NCBI GenBank assembly: GCA_021794075.1
Contig: JAJYRM010000008.1
Span: 5,022 to 69,021 of the forward strand
DNA: 64,000 bases
From: Bacteroidota bacterium
GTDB taxonomy: Bacteria > Bacteroidota > Ignavibacteria > Kryptoniales > JAKASW01
Direction: 5' to 3'
Positions 63,205 to 64,000 of this stretch are shown here, piece after piece. The notes beneath the pieces were generated by a model. The model made no database searches. It saw only the letters and a program-made list of their open reading frames with translations, and was not told where the DNA came from. Positions within the stretch are counted from its first letter, which is position 1. Each line of letters opens with the position of its first letter. The translations under genes were made by a program, and so were the position numbers.

Positions 63205-64000
63205 ATGGGGTACGTTTTAACCGCCTTAGGCTCCGGCTCATTCCGAGGCGACAGCGTAAAGGGTGACACCGTTGGGTCCGCTGCGGACTCGGTAGTCGGC
63301 GTTATCAGTAAGGGATTCGATTCCATATTTTCACAACCTTCAAAGCTTGATTACATACTCCTGCACGGCGCTCTCTTCATACTTCTTACTTTTCTCCTGG
63401 TGTTCTTGATACGGTTTCTAAATCGGTTTACAATCAGGTTGCATGGCTTCGTCAGAAGAAATCGCGGCGTGATCATACGGTCCGTCAGGATAAAGAATCT
63501 TGAGCTCGTCTCGGCCGATCAGCTTGCAACTATCGCGTTCAAATCCGTAAGAATTCTTCGTTGGGCCGTAATCATCTTTCTTGTTTACTTGTACCTCACG
63601 CTCGCTTTCAGCCTGTTTGTCTGGACTGAACTGGTCGCCCAGAAATTACTGGGGTACGTGCTTAGCCCGCTCGTCGGCATCGCGAAGGCGGTCATCTCAT
63701 ATCTTCCTAATGTATTTTACATTGCCGTCGTTGTCGTGGTCGCGCGTTACGTCCTCAAATTGATGAAGCTGATCTTCTCGAAAATTGAGGATAAGACGAT
63801 AACGATCCCGGGTTTCCCTGAGGAATGGGCGAAGCCGACATTCAGAATTGCCACCTTCCTTCTCATAGTCTTCGTGCTTGTGATCATATTCCCCTATCTC
63901 CCTGGTTCAGAGAGCGCGGCGGCGAAAGGGGTTTCGATATTCCTCGCGGTCCTTCTGTCACTTGGCTCTTCATCGGCCATATCGAACATTATTGCCGGTG
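63205..64000 (+). CDS. Mechanosensitive (MscS-type) ion channel, 3'-truncated by window edge
   Basis: My own translation from ATG 63205 is open to the window end. It shows several TM segments and ends in LLSLGSSSAISNIIAG, the conserved MscS pore-helix motif. It is absent from the ORF track because no stop lies in the window. Confidence 0.7.
   Translation, partial: MGYVLTALGSGSFRGDSVKGDTVGSAADSVVGVISKGFDSIFSQPSKLDYILLHGALFILLTFLLVFLIRFLNRFTIRLHGFVRRNRGVIIRSVRIKNLELVSADQLATIAFKSVRILRWAVIIFLVYLYLTLAFSLFVWTELVAQKLLGYVLSPLVGIAKAVISYLPNVFYIAVVVVVARYVLKLMKLIFSKIEDKTITIPGFPEEWAKPTFRIATFLLIVFVLVIIFPYLPGSESAAAKGVSIFLAVLLSLGSSSAISNIIAG

Noticed and set aside
1-64000. Search for mobile elements, CRISPR arrays, rRNA/tRNA genes, and toxin-antitoxin or defence systems
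   Set aside because: No transposase, integrase or recombinase motifs, no regularly spaced repeats, and no rRNA- or tRNA-like sequence were seen by eye. A computational scan (ISEScan, tRNAscan-SE, Infernal, DefenseFinder) would be needed to exclude them formally.

Overview
This window is almost entirely a motility locus from a diderm bacterium. The gene content suggests an uncultivated lineage, but I cannot assign taxonomy from sequence alone.

(1) Nt 2572-17738, minus strand: a tightly packed chemotaxis operon. In transcription order it encodes a small periplasmic YfiR/half-PBP-like protein, an MCP, cheW, two more MCPs, a FapA/DUF342 protein, a HEAT-repeat protein, cheR, two cheY genes, a cheZ-like gene, cheA and cheB.

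(2) Nt 17739-18462: a 0.72-kb divergent control region.

(3) Nt 18463-58285, plus strand: a roughly 40-kb co-directional flagellar super-operon. The order is a micro-ORF, flgBC, an orphan gene, fliEFGHIJ, a MotE/YlxF-like gene, fliK, flgD, a TIGR02530-like gene, flgE, flbD, fliLMNOPQR, flhBAFG, a small membrane ORF and fliA. Next comes a four-gene regulatory insertion: an HDOD-sigma-region-4 fusion, a second HDOD protein, a GAF histidine kinase and a membrane-anchored protein. The operon continues with flgFGAHIJ, a flgN-like gene, flgKL, motAB, fliW and csrA, followed by REC-HPt, REC and GT2-TPR genes.

(4) Flanks: a 5'-truncated DUF5916-like gene and a DksA/TraR zinc-finger gene on the left. 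On the right are a 3-hydroxyacyl-CoA dehydrogenase, ackA, a BtpA-family gene, a cation:proton antiporter and a 3'-truncated MscS-type channel.

I saw no rRNA, tRNA, CRISPR array, transposase or integrase.

The most unusual element is a protein that fuses an HDOD domain to a copy of FliA region 4. It is translationally coupled to fliA and heads the four-gene regulatory module, in a locus with no recognisable flgM, flagellin, fliD or fliS. Other leads:
- csrA is coupled to a REC-HPt/REC pair.
- An orphan gene sits between flgC and fliE.
- A 44-codon leader ORF precedes flgB.
- A similar -24/-12-like motif (12 of 15 positions identical) occurs upstream of flgB and of fliL, the latter with a 13-bp direct repeat further upstream.
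- A YfiR-like periplasmic protein is paired with an MCP.

All family names come from motif recognition by eye. No database search was possible.
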